A DNA stretch of 60,922 bases, filler included, from Sluysia triapertura (lineage: Eukaryota): assembly GCA_046118255.1 (NCBI GenBank). It is 5 parts of 5 records of this genome, joined end to end, with 100 filler letters (N's around TTAATTAATTAA, not from the genome) between each part and the next. Parts side by side here need not be neighbours in the genome. Positions count along the whole stretch, not along the records: positions 24,477 to 35,300 come from JBJNIA010193006.1; positions 35,401 to 48,202 come from JBJNIA010081039.1; 3 more parts are not named here. One strand, written 5' to 3'. Shown piece by piece: positions 26,957-40,232 of this stretch. The notes beneath the pieces are model-generated. The model ran no database searches and had not been told where the DNA came from. It saw nothing but the letters and a program-made list of their open reading frames with translations. Both the position numbers and the translations under genes were made by a program. Each line of letters opens with the position of its first letter. Position 1 is the stretch's first letter.

Positions 26957-28934
26957 CACTAAACACATCGTGTCGGGTTAGTTGACTCATTTAAGGGTTA
27001 TTATATGATTTTTTTTACTAAACCACCAATTATATTAATTTTTATGCAATGACTTTTCTTAAAACATTAATTCCTTCTTTTTCATGTAACGTTTTTTTAC
27101 TTTTGCTTTTTTTGTTGTATTACCTCATTTTTATTACGATGTATAATTGCTCTGATGTAATATTTATTTCATTTATTGGTAATATTATATTTCTATCACG
27201 TAATTTATTTGCTATATTGCGTCATCGGTATCCGTCATCGCCGTGGATCTTTTATTATTTATTCTTGAACTCGGCATTATTTTTCAGTTACTGTTTTCTT
27301 GATTCTATCCCTAAAATGTCCAACATTATACGGCATAACATGTTACGAACACAAAAGAAGAGTGTTCAGAATGTAGTGATTCAGAGCTATGAGAAAGTTT
27401 GGATAATTTGAGGCTACTGATATTGATAGTGAGGATGATAATATTTTGAAAAGTGCAAGTAATCTATTCGAATTCAGAAGATCGAGGAACAGGGTTTAGA
27501 TATAGCAGCAGATGGGACAATTTGGCAAGAGATAGACAGTGTTTCACAACCTCATGTGTTGTCATTCATAATATTTTTCGCATGGAAACAAGTTTGACAG
27601 GTTATTCCAGAAGAAATGTTTGAAAGGAAAAGTTAAAAGTGCATTTTCATTTATTATTGATGACAGTTTGTCGAAAACAATAATAAAATACATCGAAGCA
27701 GAATCATTCCGAGTAACTGGAATTGAATGGAAATTGTCTTTGAAAAAGTTGCATGCATTTATTGGTAGTCTCTATGCACGTGGTTCATATCAAGCAACGA
27801 ATTTGAATATGTCCTATCTGTGGAACAAGAAATGGGGACCTTCATTCTTTGCAAAAAATATGAGCAGAAAAGCTATCTATGAGATTATTCAATTTATCAG
27901 ATTTGATAATAAAATCCAACGAAGCAAACGCCTAGAAGCTGATAAATTTGCCCTGATTTCTGAAGTATGGAATAACTTTATTCAAAATAGCCAAGATTGT
28001 TTCAAACCCGACGAACATATTACTATTGATGAGCAATTATATTCTACTAAAGTAAGATGCAGGTTTATACAATATATGTCAACAAACAAGACAAGTTTGG
28101 CATCTGATATAAGGACCAAATACATTGTAAATGGTTTTACATATCTAGGGAAGGATGAAAACAGAATGTCTTCAGTTTCATTGTCAGAATTTGTTGTTCT
28201 GAAACAAACTGAACCACATACAGGATGTGGAAGATCTGTTACCACAAATAACTGTTGTACAAGTCCATCTCTGGCTGCAAAAGAACTACTCTTGCAGGGA
28301 TTATCCGGGAAACAAAAAAAGAATTACCTAAGTTTGCCTTGCAGACGAAGGATAACATGCCCCTTGATAAATCAGATCAAATGGCAAGAAAATACACTGT
28401 TAAATCTAAATCACTAAGATGGTCGTTGCAAGTTTTTTCAATATTTTGGATCTGGCAGGAATTAATTCATGGATGTTATATAAGGAGACAACGAGTGAAA
28501 ACATTTCGAGGCAAAAGTTTCTATTCAGACTAGCCGAAGAGCTAATCCTAGAAGAGGATAACGAAAATCTAAGAAAAGCTAAACTACCTCCAGTTTTACC
28601 TGCACGACATGGGAAACTAAAATAAAACAATTTGTTCTAAATGCAGTAAATATGTATGTGCAAATATGCTTTTGAAAATGCATGGAAACCAGTAAGACCT
28701 AAATATTACATTATTTACCGCAAATACGATAAGTGTATATATATGTTTCAATATATTTTTATTGTGTAAAATATAAACTTTTTTGTTATTGTTTTAATTT
28801 AATCAAGATAAGGAAAAACTATAATAGTTATTAATAAAAATGTTTACTTTGATTTAAATACAACAGTTTCAAATGAAATAATTGGATGTATAACATAAAA
28901 AAGATAGGATTTTATAGACATGGGTCATTTAGTG
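26957..28934 (+). mobile_element. piggyBac (PGBD4-like) transposon with decayed transposase
   Basis: TTAA-CACTAAA ... TTTAGTG-TTAA. Motifs IRFDNK, ITIDEQL, CRFIQYM, YLGKDE, GRSVTTNN, DQMARKYTVK, NILDLAGINSW, and Cys-rich tail CSKCSKYVC. Confidence 0.92.
27620..28625 (+). pseudogene. piggyBac transposase, frameshifted and internally deleted
   Basis: Split over ORFs 27620-28417, 28255-28533 and 28419-28625. The second catalytic Asp (TDN) reads TNN and the KFGIK segment is missing. Confidence 0.85.
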
Positions 28935-29517
28935 TTAATTTGTCAATTTTTATCAATATAAATAAATATGATTATAGAAATTGCATATTTGACAATTAAA
29001 TCAATTGTGTTATAATGTTAAAAGAATAAAAACGCTGAAATTATACCGAAATTAGTTGTATTGGATTATTTACAAAATAAAAACGTGGTTACTATTATTC
29101 TTATGATATAAATTTTTAAGAAGCTTTAGTTAAAATTATATCATTATCGAATGTTTCAGACTAAAACTTTATTGAAACAAAAATATTAAAAAACGTTCAG
29201 TTTTCTTTAAGAATTGTGTAAACGTTATGCATAATTAAAAATATCTTTAATTACTTTTTTCGAAAATTAAAATATTTTGTTGGAATTTCTTTAGAAATAC
29301 ACTTTATGAATTAATCTTCTTTTTCAAGATGATACAAAATAATATAATCGAAAAATCATCAATACATTTTAAGAATTTATAATATGAATATTTGTGTAAA
29401 TTTAGATAATGCATATTCAAGAACATATAACATACAGTGATTCTTCATTAAAAGCAAAACTAAGTGATCTGACTTAGTATTTTTTTTCGATACTGCTTTT
29501 GTTAGGTTATTATTATC

Positions 29518-29519
<2 letters not shown>

Positions 29520-29575
<56 letters not shown>
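29520..29575. repeat. (AAT)n microsatellite
   Basis: Direct reading. Confidence 0.9.
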
Positions 29576-29576
<1 letters not shown>

Positions 29577-30495
29577 TTTAAAAAAATTTCAAAATTTAAT
29601 CTATGAATATACAATAATGATAATTATGTAGAATTAAATATAATAATGATGAATTATAATTTAAACAATTAAATTATAAATAACAATAACAATAATTAAC
29701 TAGAATTGAATAAAATAACAGAAATAATTAATTTTCATTTATTACACGCTTTAATTTGTTATTATAAAGGAAGAGTTAAATTGAAGAATTTCGGATAAAT
29801 TAATTTAAAAATAATTTAAAATTTTATAATTGCAACTTAAAATTAATTTATAATTTTGTAATGTAATTATAATAATTATGAAAAGTGCTTGTTGTAAAAA
29901 AATTTTAGTTGCTTGTATGAATTGTAAACTAATTGAATGAAATGTTTGAATTGTATGAATTAAAAAATGAATTAAAATTTGTTCCAAAAATATTTCCAAA
30001 ATTGTGAGATATATTTTTCATCAAACATATCAGGAATTAATTCCCTTTCTGGTTTAAATTCTAGTTTGAATTCACAAATTAATTGTTTCTATAAGTATTG
30101 TTCTTGCCTAATAATTTATAAAATAAACAATGTTCGAATTAATAATACATATTCAGTTATCAAATTCTATTATTATTTTTTTGTAGAATATTTATTTTCT
30201 TTAGAAAGAAAAGTTAAACTAATTTAATTTACGATATACATCTACTATTATTATTAAATATTTATTTTATTGTTCATTGTCTAAATCTAGTATTATTACA
30301 TTAAAACAAAAACATTGCATTTAATTTTACTTATGTTTTATTTTATCAATTAAATGGTCCATCAATAAAAAATGTATTTTTATTAAATATACAATAATTA
30401 AAAAATATTATTTTAGCTATTTTGCTACGCTTATAGAAGATAAATATTTATGATATATTATTTTTATCAATATAAGTAGTACTACTGTTTTGATA

Positions 30496-30498
<3 letters not shown>

Positions 30499-30552
<54 letters not shown>
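30499..30552. repeat. (ATT)n microsatellite
   Basis: Direct reading. Confidence 0.9.
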
Positions 30553-30553
<1 letters not shown>

Positions 30554-33500
30554 TTAAATCATGAATAATGGACTATTTCCCAATGGACAAAGTTTAAAGT
30601 AAAGATTTGCTGTTTCCTATTAGTTTTTATTGATTCGAAATTTTGAAACATAGTGTCTATACCTAAGTATTGATGTAAATAGAGAGAAAAGATGTTGTAG
30701 GGAAGAAATAGGATGTGGATATTTTATTGATTTATATTTTTCATTTGTTGAACAAAAAAACTTAATAATAATAATGATAATAATGATAATAATAATAATA
30801 ATACACTTGTGCTACTTCCAGTAATTAATATTTTGATAAAATAATATTTTCATATAATTTTACACATACTTTTAAAATTATTTATACATTTTTCATTATT
30901 TGAATTGTAAAATAGTTTTTAAATGTTTCATATGATCTTCTAATTTATTTAAAATTATAAAAAGAAAATAAATAAAGCCTTGTCTTTATTCAGTGGTACA
31001 TAATTACTAAAATATTTTAAAATTAATTAATTTGCATTCAAAATAGCTTCGTAATATTTTTCTATCAGCTAAATCATGTTAAAAAATCTCAAATTATTTT
31101 ATAAAAATATCTATTAACTAAAACAAATCAATTCACGATATGTCAGAATTAATCTGTTGTTTATTAATCGCGAAGATTGCTTGTGAACTAGAAATGGAAG
31201 TCCGACATATTTTAGTTTTATATTTTTATATTACAGCAGTACAATCAAACATTAAATTATTTGAATAAAACTAGCAAAAGATACCACACATAATTAATAT
31301 TGAATTTTTATTTTACTTTATCTTATATGTTCTGTATCCAATTTAAATATTATACTTACTTGAAATGTGTAGTGAATGAGTAATAATAATTCAATGTCCA
31401 AAAATTTCTGTATCTCCAAGCAACAATCATTATAAAATATGATTCAATTATCAAATGTGTCAGTATTTCTGAATATTCAAACTTACAAAAATTAGTGTTA
31501 GAATTTGCCTTGTTGAATTATATAATGTTTTGCTTCATTTTTTGTGATATTAAAATATGACTAATTATTTTTTTAATTTCATTCTATAATATCTTTTCTG
31601 TAATTCGTTTATTCTATAATATGAACAATTACATTTCATAATTAATTTGTTTACATATGAGAATAATATTTATTTGGTAATTACATTGTCAACTTCTTGA
31701 TTTATATTTCCATCCATTTTAAGAAAGTTAAAAAATTATGAAATTTTATGATGGAAACTACAATTCAGTTAAGTGAATAAAATCGTTAAAATCAGTAATA
31801 ATCTTTTTTACATTTTTATAATATTTAAAATATAAATAATAATTATTCTGCTTAACACGGTCACTTTATTTATACTAATCACACTAAGCTTTATAGTTAA
31901 AATATTTATTAATCGAGAATGAATTTGGAATTATAAATAGAACAATTTTTTAAAACTGATTAGAAAAATAACAAAAACATTTCCAGAATGCTTTTCAAAT
32001 TTATTGATTTTAGTATGTTTTATTTGGGAAAATATTTCTTTGAAAATTATTTCAATTATAAATAAAATATTGCTGAAAATAATGTTTATAATTATAATTT
32101 ATAATTTTTTATTTTAATATTTAAAGTATTAATGGAAAATAATGTTATGAGCTATTATTAACATTTCTTTGTCAATTAATAGTCCTCTTAATTGTCATTC
32201 CATTTTAATTACATTGTCTTTATACGATATCTATATTATATGTTATTTTAATACTTTAGTTTAAAATTAAAATTTGACTTAGTATACATTTTATATTAAG
32301 TTTTTTCAATTATGAAAAGAAAATGTATTGTATTAATAAATTAATGAAAGAAAAATTGAATTTTAAGATAATGTAATGACAAAAATTTATTTCTGAGAAA
32401 TGAAAGATGGATATTTCACCTAAAAGTGTCAATGACATAAGAATTAAAGGAAATAAATTTTAAAAAAATCAGAATTTATATTAATTGTAGTTAATGGTTT
32501 TATTTTATGACTTTTAATATTATAAAATGGAAGATTTATTTAAAGATTTAAAATAATACAAATGATTGAATAAAATTGCAATATTTTAAGGATATATAAA
32601 CTTCAAGTTTATTATTAATTTATATAATATTTATTTGGCATGATTTAACGCTAAAGAAAAACACATAACACAGTAAAATTTATCAAGAAAACGAACATAG
32701 AATAAAAATTGGTTTATAAAAACATAAAATTATGTACGAAGTACGTACTCTGTCAATATTATTATACCTATTACATGAATAAAGTATAAAAATTTGGTGA
32801 ATTCGTTGATCATTAATTAGATAAAATATAGGTTAATTTAATTCATTACAACTACTAACACCATCTGATAATTTCAAAACTTGAATTTAATTTATTTTAT
32901 TAAGAGTGTCGCCGTAGGGCGATTAGTTTACTCGTATTAATTAAATTACAGAAACTTAAAAAGATATAAATGTTTAATTTAGAAAGAGGATGGGACTTAA
33001 AGTCTTGTATTTGCTAGTAATATATTGTTAATATATTGTTACATAGGTCATATTTTTCTTATTCATACTCACTTAGTGAATTGTAATATATTGGTATTCG
33101 ATTAAAATGTAGCAATATATTAGTGTTCGGCAGGCACCTGAATCTTTTAATAGTGACAATTGGTTTCTGTGCGAATAATTTAAATTTAAATAAAACCTTA
33201 ATAAACTCGAATAAGCATGAAAGATAACTTGAAATATGCTGTATTCATATTAGTGTTTCTTTGGTATTTATATTGTTATAAAAATATACCTTCATATAAC
33301 AATTTTGTTAATATTTGTGTTATTTACACTTACTACCATCTTGTGAAACAATTCTTCAAAATACAGGAATAAAAGAACTCTTGGTGTGAATAAATTTAGT
33401 AACAGTGATAAAAACAAACGTAATTGAAGTATTTAAAAAACTCGACATATTTATAGTAATAGAAGTATAATAATATAAAAATAAAATGCATTAACATGAT

Positions 33501-34204
33501 CATAGAAAATCACAATTAAATAGATATAAAATGAATATTATTCATCCAGATGGATATATCATTTCAAAATACAACGGACAATTCATTGATTAAGAAAGCA
33601 TAAAAAATTTCCAAAGACCGAGAATTAAAGATTTAAAGATGCGTTAAAGTTTATAAGACTATCTAGATGAGTATTTTAACATAGATTAGAAATACAACTT
33701 GTATATTGTATAGAAACATTCTGATCACTGAAATGTATGACAAGCATTTTAGTTTTAAAAACACTGGCTTTTGGAATTAGATCATTGATTGAAATAGTTT
33801 TCCAAAATAAATAACTTAAAATTAGTATATCGAATTCTGTTAAATCTTAATTAAACTTTAGAATAATATCTTTCAAAACATTGTTTTTCACAAAACATAT
33901 TTTATAACGTCTCTTCATTGTTCTTGACAAAAATGATTTATTATTGGAAGATTTATCATCAAAGATAATGATCCGAATAAAAAATCATTAAATATCACTT
34001 CTGATAATTATCTTGATGCATTTAATTCATGCAAAATGGCTTTGAAATAAATTAAGTGATTAAATGGAACTTGAAATAGAATACGAGAAACGAAGGGTAT
34101 TAACTATATTCAACTTTTTACTGAGTCCTGCTGTAAATTGTTTTCATTATAAAGTAAACGTAATAGTTAGAAATATGTATATAAATTACATATAAAATTT
34201 AGTA

Positions 34205-34240
34205 CAGAGATGGCGAACCATTTTTAATGGCTGTGCCACA
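34205..34240 (+). mobile_element. Isolated hAT-like terminal sequence
   Basis: CAGAGATGGCGAACC resembles hAT/Charlie-group termini (CAGTGATGGCGAACC). No partner end found in the contig. Confidence 0.3.
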
Positions 34241-35300
34241 AAGTCAACAAAAATTTAATATGATTAAATAAAATAATTTAGTATAATTAATATAATCTAT
34301 TTAATATTTTTATAGCTTATAATTAAAGTAAAATTGTAATCTTAAATTAAATAATATCTCAGTAAATTTTAAAAGAAACTAAATAAACTTAATTAGTAAA
34401 TCAATAAGTTTATAGATCAAACGGTAAAACCAGAAAAACAAAATAATCTGTGATTTTGTTATAAAAATGAAAAAACAAACACAAACATATAATTTATTCG
34501 AAAGATCTATATAAATAAGTGATTTCAACATCTTAAACAGAAATACAAATAACTATATTTAGTTATTCATTAATTATTATTATTTTGTAAAAGGCAATTT
34601 GTGATCAAATAAGTACTGTAAGTAATTTAAAATTTAAAGAGAATTAAATTAAATTAATTAAAAATTCAATAAAATTTAAATGTGTTAAATATATAATTTA
34701 AAGAATTTTTTAAGAAAAATCTCAAAAAGTTTTTATTTTAATATCATATCAGTATTACTCTCAAATTATTAATAATTAATTATTACTATCACTAATATTA
34801 ATTATGTCCAAAGACGGAGATGTATAAATATCAAGAGGACTATTACAATAATCTAATACCATTCAAAAAGATTTTATTATAAATTTCATTTATTAATAAA
34901 ATTAATATTTTTATACTCAGTAGGACTTAATTATCTAAACTCTAAATTTAATATAATCCTAAAACTTATATATTTACTGCAATTATTATATGAATTTTTA
35001 TTATTCATATTATTTTTACTGCTATTTATTTTATTTTTCTTCTACATTTATTCGTTAAAATATTTTTATCAATTTTTACACAATTTGCATACTTATTTTT
35101 ATATAAAATAACGATTTTCTTTAATTATCTTTAAAAAATCTAACAATTTCTATATTAATTTTTATTTCTTTTATTGTCACAAATATTTTTATAAATTTAA
35201 AATTAAAAGTTTTAATTTTTATTAATTTATTTATATGTCATGATAATAATATTCATAATATTTTAGTAAAGAGTCTTTTAATCATAATAATAATATTAAT

Positions 35301-35400
35301 NNNNNNNNNNNNNNNNNNNNNNNNNNNNNNNNNNNNNNNNNNNNTTAATTAATTAANNNNNNNNNNNNNNNNNNNNNNNNNNNNNNNNNNNNNNNNNNNN
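35301..35400. other. Artificial contig linker
   Basis: N44-TTAATTAATTAA-N44. Confidence 0.98.

Positions 35401-35428
<28 letters not shown>
35401..35428. repeat. (TA)n microsatellite at the contig start
   Basis: Direct reading. Confidence 0.9.
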
Positions 35429-35434
<6 letters not shown>

Positions 35435-35518
35435 TAATTAACTAATTATGTTTACGATATAGTTTCACTATCACATTTTTTTAATTAAATCAAATAATTT
35501 ATAGATAATTTATTTCAG

Positions 35519-35727
35519 TGTATGTGAAACGGTATTGATGGATTTTGATTCACTTATCGAAGCACAGACCGCTTTAGGTACAGCTGCAGTAATAGTTATG
35601 AACAAAAAGGCTGATGTAGTTCATTGTATTTCACGACTAATTGATTTTTATAAGCATGAAAGTTGTGGTCAATGCACACCTTGCCGAGAAGGTTGTGCCT
35701 GGATGCAAAAAATAATGACTCGATTCC
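35519..35727 (+). CDS. NDUFV1: NADH:ubiquinone oxidoreductase 51-kDa flavoprotein subunit, internal exon (4Fe-4S N3 ligands)
   Basis: [27 protein letters not shown]...[16 protein letters not shown]. ttcag acceptor, gttagt donor. Confidence 0.96.
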
Positions 35728-37589
35728 GTTAGTGCTTGTTTTATTGATTCATAATTGAAATATAACCTAAATTATAAAACTAACAAAAACATTGAATAAT
35801 AATTTATCTGTTACGTTTCTAAGAATTTAATATTTTTCAATTATTTAAATTTATTATTTTAATTATATGCGCAATTATTACACTACAAATAAATATATTA
35901 AAAAGAATTCTTCAATAATTAAAAAGAACTTTAGAAAATATTCAAAGAACAATTTTTTAAGTCACATTTCAGTATTAAATGAAATTAAAAAAACGTTGCT
36001 AATACAATAAATTGAAAGATTAAATAAAAATAAAGTTTAAATTTGTTAGTAGTCATTTCGTATTTAAATTTAAATATAACAATTATCTTTAGAAAATTAT
36101 GAAGGAGATGCTGCTGTCGCCAAAGATTTGCGAGTCTTTGCGAATCGAATGTGATGTAAAATTTATGAAATAATCTATAAAATAAGATTGCGACTAAAAT
36201 AAGAAACTTATATTATATAAAGAACTTATTCACTAATAAAATACAACAAAAATTTGTGAAGCCAATCACTAGAAATTGTTAATATTTTTGTCTTCGCATG
36301 AAATCGAATAAATATAAGATCATGTGTTTGAAAAATTAAAGGGTTCGATTGTTGATTGAATTATTTCAGGATTACTCCTGCTGACGTTATGATTTAATGT
36401 CATGTTTTTATCGCTGATACAAAGAATTAGGTCGAATTTATTATAATTTTAGAATACATTTTAAGTTAAAATTTACAGCCTGGCGAATATTCTTTTGATT
36501 TTAGTGGGCAATTGATTCTAAAAAGAAAGGAAATTCAAAAAGATCAATTTTAAAACTAATAACATTGAAGTTAACATTGAACATTGACATTTTAAATTAT
36601 TTTCAAAATGTTAACATATAAAATAATTCAAAATCAGAAACTTATACGTTTCGAATCAAGTATAACAAATGTTTTGTTAATATTGACATTAGATATGATA
36701 TCTCTATTATAAATAAGATACTTTCATTCTAATATGATCGTTATTCGACCTGTTAACTGTTACAATCAAAAATTCATCAGAAAAATGTTTGCCAAAAAAT
36801 CCTTTAAAATCTTTAAAAAATCGCCCTGAAAATATTGAAAATAAAATACAGCATTTTATCAAGTTGATGATAAAGAAGTAGCTTAGCTTCTTAATAATTG
36901 ATTACTATTTGTATATTTTATTATTTTTTAAATACTAAATAACTTACAAATTAAAAATATAAAATTTTGTTTTAAAAACATAAATGTTCTATTATGCTTT
37001 ATTAATTATTTTCTTTGTCACAAATAATATTACAACACTTTGTTTGAATATTTTCAATTAACCTCGAAAATGTATTCCTAAGAAGATTTAATTGATTCAG
37101 TATGAAATTTAACATTTCGTAGTATTTACTTCTAGCGATCGTTGTTTGCTTCTACAAGTTCTTTTATATCTGAAGATACGATAGAATTCGTATCAAATGA
37201 TTTTGAAATATGAAATGAATTATTTTTATATAAATTAATTTTATACGAATTTTATCAGCTGCTTTTTCATTTTTTGAATATCTTTTTTCGTAATACGGTA
37301 CTTGTTTGAAATTGATAATAAGTCTTTCAAGACAATATATCAACCCTTTAAAAGTAATCGAATTATTAACAAGTTTTAAATAAATCTGAACGATATTCTG
37401 TGTATTGTTTATTTTTAGTTAGGTTCTATAAGTTCTATTGTTTTGCATTTTATGTTTTATTTAATTAATTTAAAATTAATTCCTAAATTTAATTTTAAGA
37501 AAAACAAGAATTGAATTCAAAATCATGACATTAATTTGCAAATGCTTACATTACGTATGTTCTGAATATCTTTTAGAAATAATTTAAAA

Positions 37590-37850
37590 AATTTGAAACC
37601 AAGATGAATATTTCATTGAGACATAATAATATATACAGAATCCACAGTGATAACAATCTAGGTGATATGGTGTATACTGTTTATGTCTCAAAAATATACA
37701 ACGAGCTACCAGAAAATGTCAAATTATTGGAAGATTATGAAATATTTAAGAAAAAGGTAAAGTTTTTTTCTGTTTCAGAAATATTATGGTGAATGATTTA
37801 ATTTAAGCACATTTGAGTACTTAAGCAGTAGATATGAGCGCAGTATAAAT
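37590..37850 (+). mobile_element. 3' end of L2-type LINE
   Basis: GDMVYTVYVSKIYNELPENVK...FKKKVK resembles GDRAFSVAAPKLWNSLP...FKKKLK. Tail TAAGCACATTTGAGTAC...GAGCGCAGTATAAAT is L2-like. Confidence 0.7.
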
Positions 37851-38569
37851 TAATATATTATTATAATAAAACATGAATAATAATATAAGTCATAAATATT
37901 TAATTTAATGTGTTAAAAATAGTAACATAATATTCCCTAAGTTTAACTCACAGTTAATGATGATCACTAAAGCTTGTAACAGTGATTAATTATTAATTTT
38001 AACAATATATTTTCTAATGATATGTAGTTTAAAACAAATAAGTTATACCTTTTAAACTATTCATTTGATACGAAATATGAATAATGAATAAATTAAATGA
38101 AATTATATGATCGGTTCTTATGATCAATTAGATTAATAAAGTGGTTTATCTTTATCATGTCAACAAATACCAGGGGATATTAAAGTTGGAAAACATGGAA
38201 GTTGTTTTATCTGAATCGAGTTACATTTTACTAAAAAATATTAGTGCGCGTATTATGCTTTATTTTGTTTTTTAGATATTTTTGTCAAGAATTCAAATTC
38301 TTTAATGTATATATTAGATTTTACTATGTCTTATTAAATGATGAAGGAGGTCTTTTGCTTTTAAAATAAAAGATAAAGGTTCGTCATAAAATAAAATTGA
38401 ATTCCAAAAATGAAAATGATACTGATCTATTGAAAAATTCGTTACACGAAATGAAATAAATTCCTACTCCATTCGATTAATTGATATTAAGATTGAAATA
38501 AACCTCGCAAATCACATAATTCTATACAATACTACCAATTTCAGCGTTATGGGTTGGGATAAACAAAAT

Positions 38570-38800
38570 ATATAAATATCGATGCTTATATGGTTCGATC
38601 CAAAAGCTAGCAAAAACTCAGGAGGTAACGACACAATGGTTGAGAAACATTTATTACACTCATTTAACAAACCAATGCGACACTAGATTTCTAAAACGTA
38701 CTTATGTGAAACAGGATGACTAAATGAATTATGGCAAGCTGATTTAATGGATATGATTTCGTACTGAAAAATTAATAATGGTTGTATAAATCTTTTCAAC
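38570..38800 (+). pseudogene. Polinton/Maverick retroviral-like integrase, N-terminal remnant
   Basis: YGSIQKLAK...QWLRN...NKPMRH.FLKR...LNELWQADLMDMISY.KINNG resembles Polinton integrase WL..Q..YTLHKP.R..F.RR...IDD.WQADLVDM....N.GY. Confidence 0.7.
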
Positions 38801-39629
38801 TGGTAGTTGTTATGTTCGCATCGTTTTATTTTTATTACTTTTCTACTCTTATTTTATTATTTATATTTGCCTTAACACATAGTTTACTTTATTTTTCGAT
38901 TTTGTTTCTATAAAAAAATTACTAATCATTTGAAGGTTGAAAATTGTCAATGCAATCACAGCTATGTGGTTCTTCATAAAATTTGCGTGTGTTTGAATGC
39001 TTTATTATATTTTAATGAATTTATGCGTTTCTTAATAATCTAAACTTCAATAATAATAATCTCACTTTATATTACTACTTGGATTTATTGGTACAATCTT
39101 TTACCAATACAAAATTTAATAATTTTTATTGTGTTTTGTATAATTGGAATATGTTTCAATTAACTCTTAGTTTCTGGTAATAGTTTAAAATATTTTCACT
39201 TTATATTGTCACGTAAACTTATCTGGAAATACAATCTTTTGTCAATGTAAATTTATTCTGCTAGTATTATTTATACTTTCTATTATGTTCACCTTAGCTG
39301 GAAGTGTAAATTCGAATACTCGTTTCGATAGTCTGAAATGAAAGTGCTTAATCGAAATTTCAATTCTCTAATATTTGAGTTTATCCTCATATTATAAATC
39401 TTAATTCTTTTTATTCTATTTCAATGGTTCTATCGTCAACCCTTTCTAAAACAAATACAAATAGAACTATAACATATTTATTAATTAAATTAAGATGGTA
39501 TTATTTATACTTTATGCGTTTATTTTTATTTTGATTAACATGAATTGGAAATAATATGAGTCAATATAAATATATATAATTAAAACAAGTTGTAATAATT
39601 TATTCTGTAATTCATCAATATAATTAAAT

Positions 39630-40009
39630 CTGAAATGGTGTGCTTTCAAAAAGTTGAATTAGAAAATAATAAAATGGTTTTACAACTTATTGATTATGAT
39701 GAAGTTGTTTTACTTGAAGATTTATCAGCATGTTTAGGATTTAGTTTCAATAGGTGTGATAAAGGAATAGTATAAATATACTGGAATACTATTTACTAGA
39801 ATGATAAAAAATACCATTATTAAGATAAACTTGGCTAGAAAATACTAAAAAATATGATACTATATCTATAAAAAAAATCCGATTTACTTGAATCATCATC
39901 ATCTATAAACAATATAGAAGTTAATATTCTTGATGAATCTGGACAAACATTTTAATTTTCTTGCGGAAGTAAAACAAGTTTAACTATTCATTTACAAGAA
40001 GTACAATGA
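39630..40009 (+). pseudogene. Polinton minor capsid (penton) remnant
   Basis: DLSACLGF, IV*IYWNTI, NPIYL...SINNIEVNILDESGQTF*F...KTSLTIHL match the penton pattern L..LLGF / IYIYCDII / PIY.P....I.V.I.D..G..I.F......LH. Confidence 0.6.
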
Positions 40010-40232
40010 TTATTGTGGCTTATAGTCATACAGAAATTGATGGTGGATTACCATATTTGGAAAATAATTTGGTACTGAGTAGTTAAGAACACTAGGAAGA
40101 TTAGCTTTTCTTATAATTAAGCGAGTTGGACGATTTTTCGGTAGAACGGCAGGAGATGCGTTAGTTAACGAAAGAGCAGTAGTTGAATCTATTAAAAGTG
40201 CTTTAAACGAAGTAAGAAGAATTTCCAGTTAA
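40006..40232 (+). pseudogene. Polinton small basic core-protein-like ORF remnant
   Basis: ATG overlaps the penton TGA (ATGA at 40006-40009). Reads GGLPY...(shift)...LRTLGRLAFLIIKRVGRFFGRTAGDAL. Confidence 0.5.

Noticed and set aside
27982-28630. Minus-strand ORFs 27982-28245 and 28406-28630, and plus-strand ORF 27049-27411
   Set aside because: Antisense shadows or 5' non-coding part of the piggyBac element
29805-30120. Possible hAT dimerisation-domain remnant (QFWKYF...IQAT...QQALF)
   Set aside because: Match too weak to call
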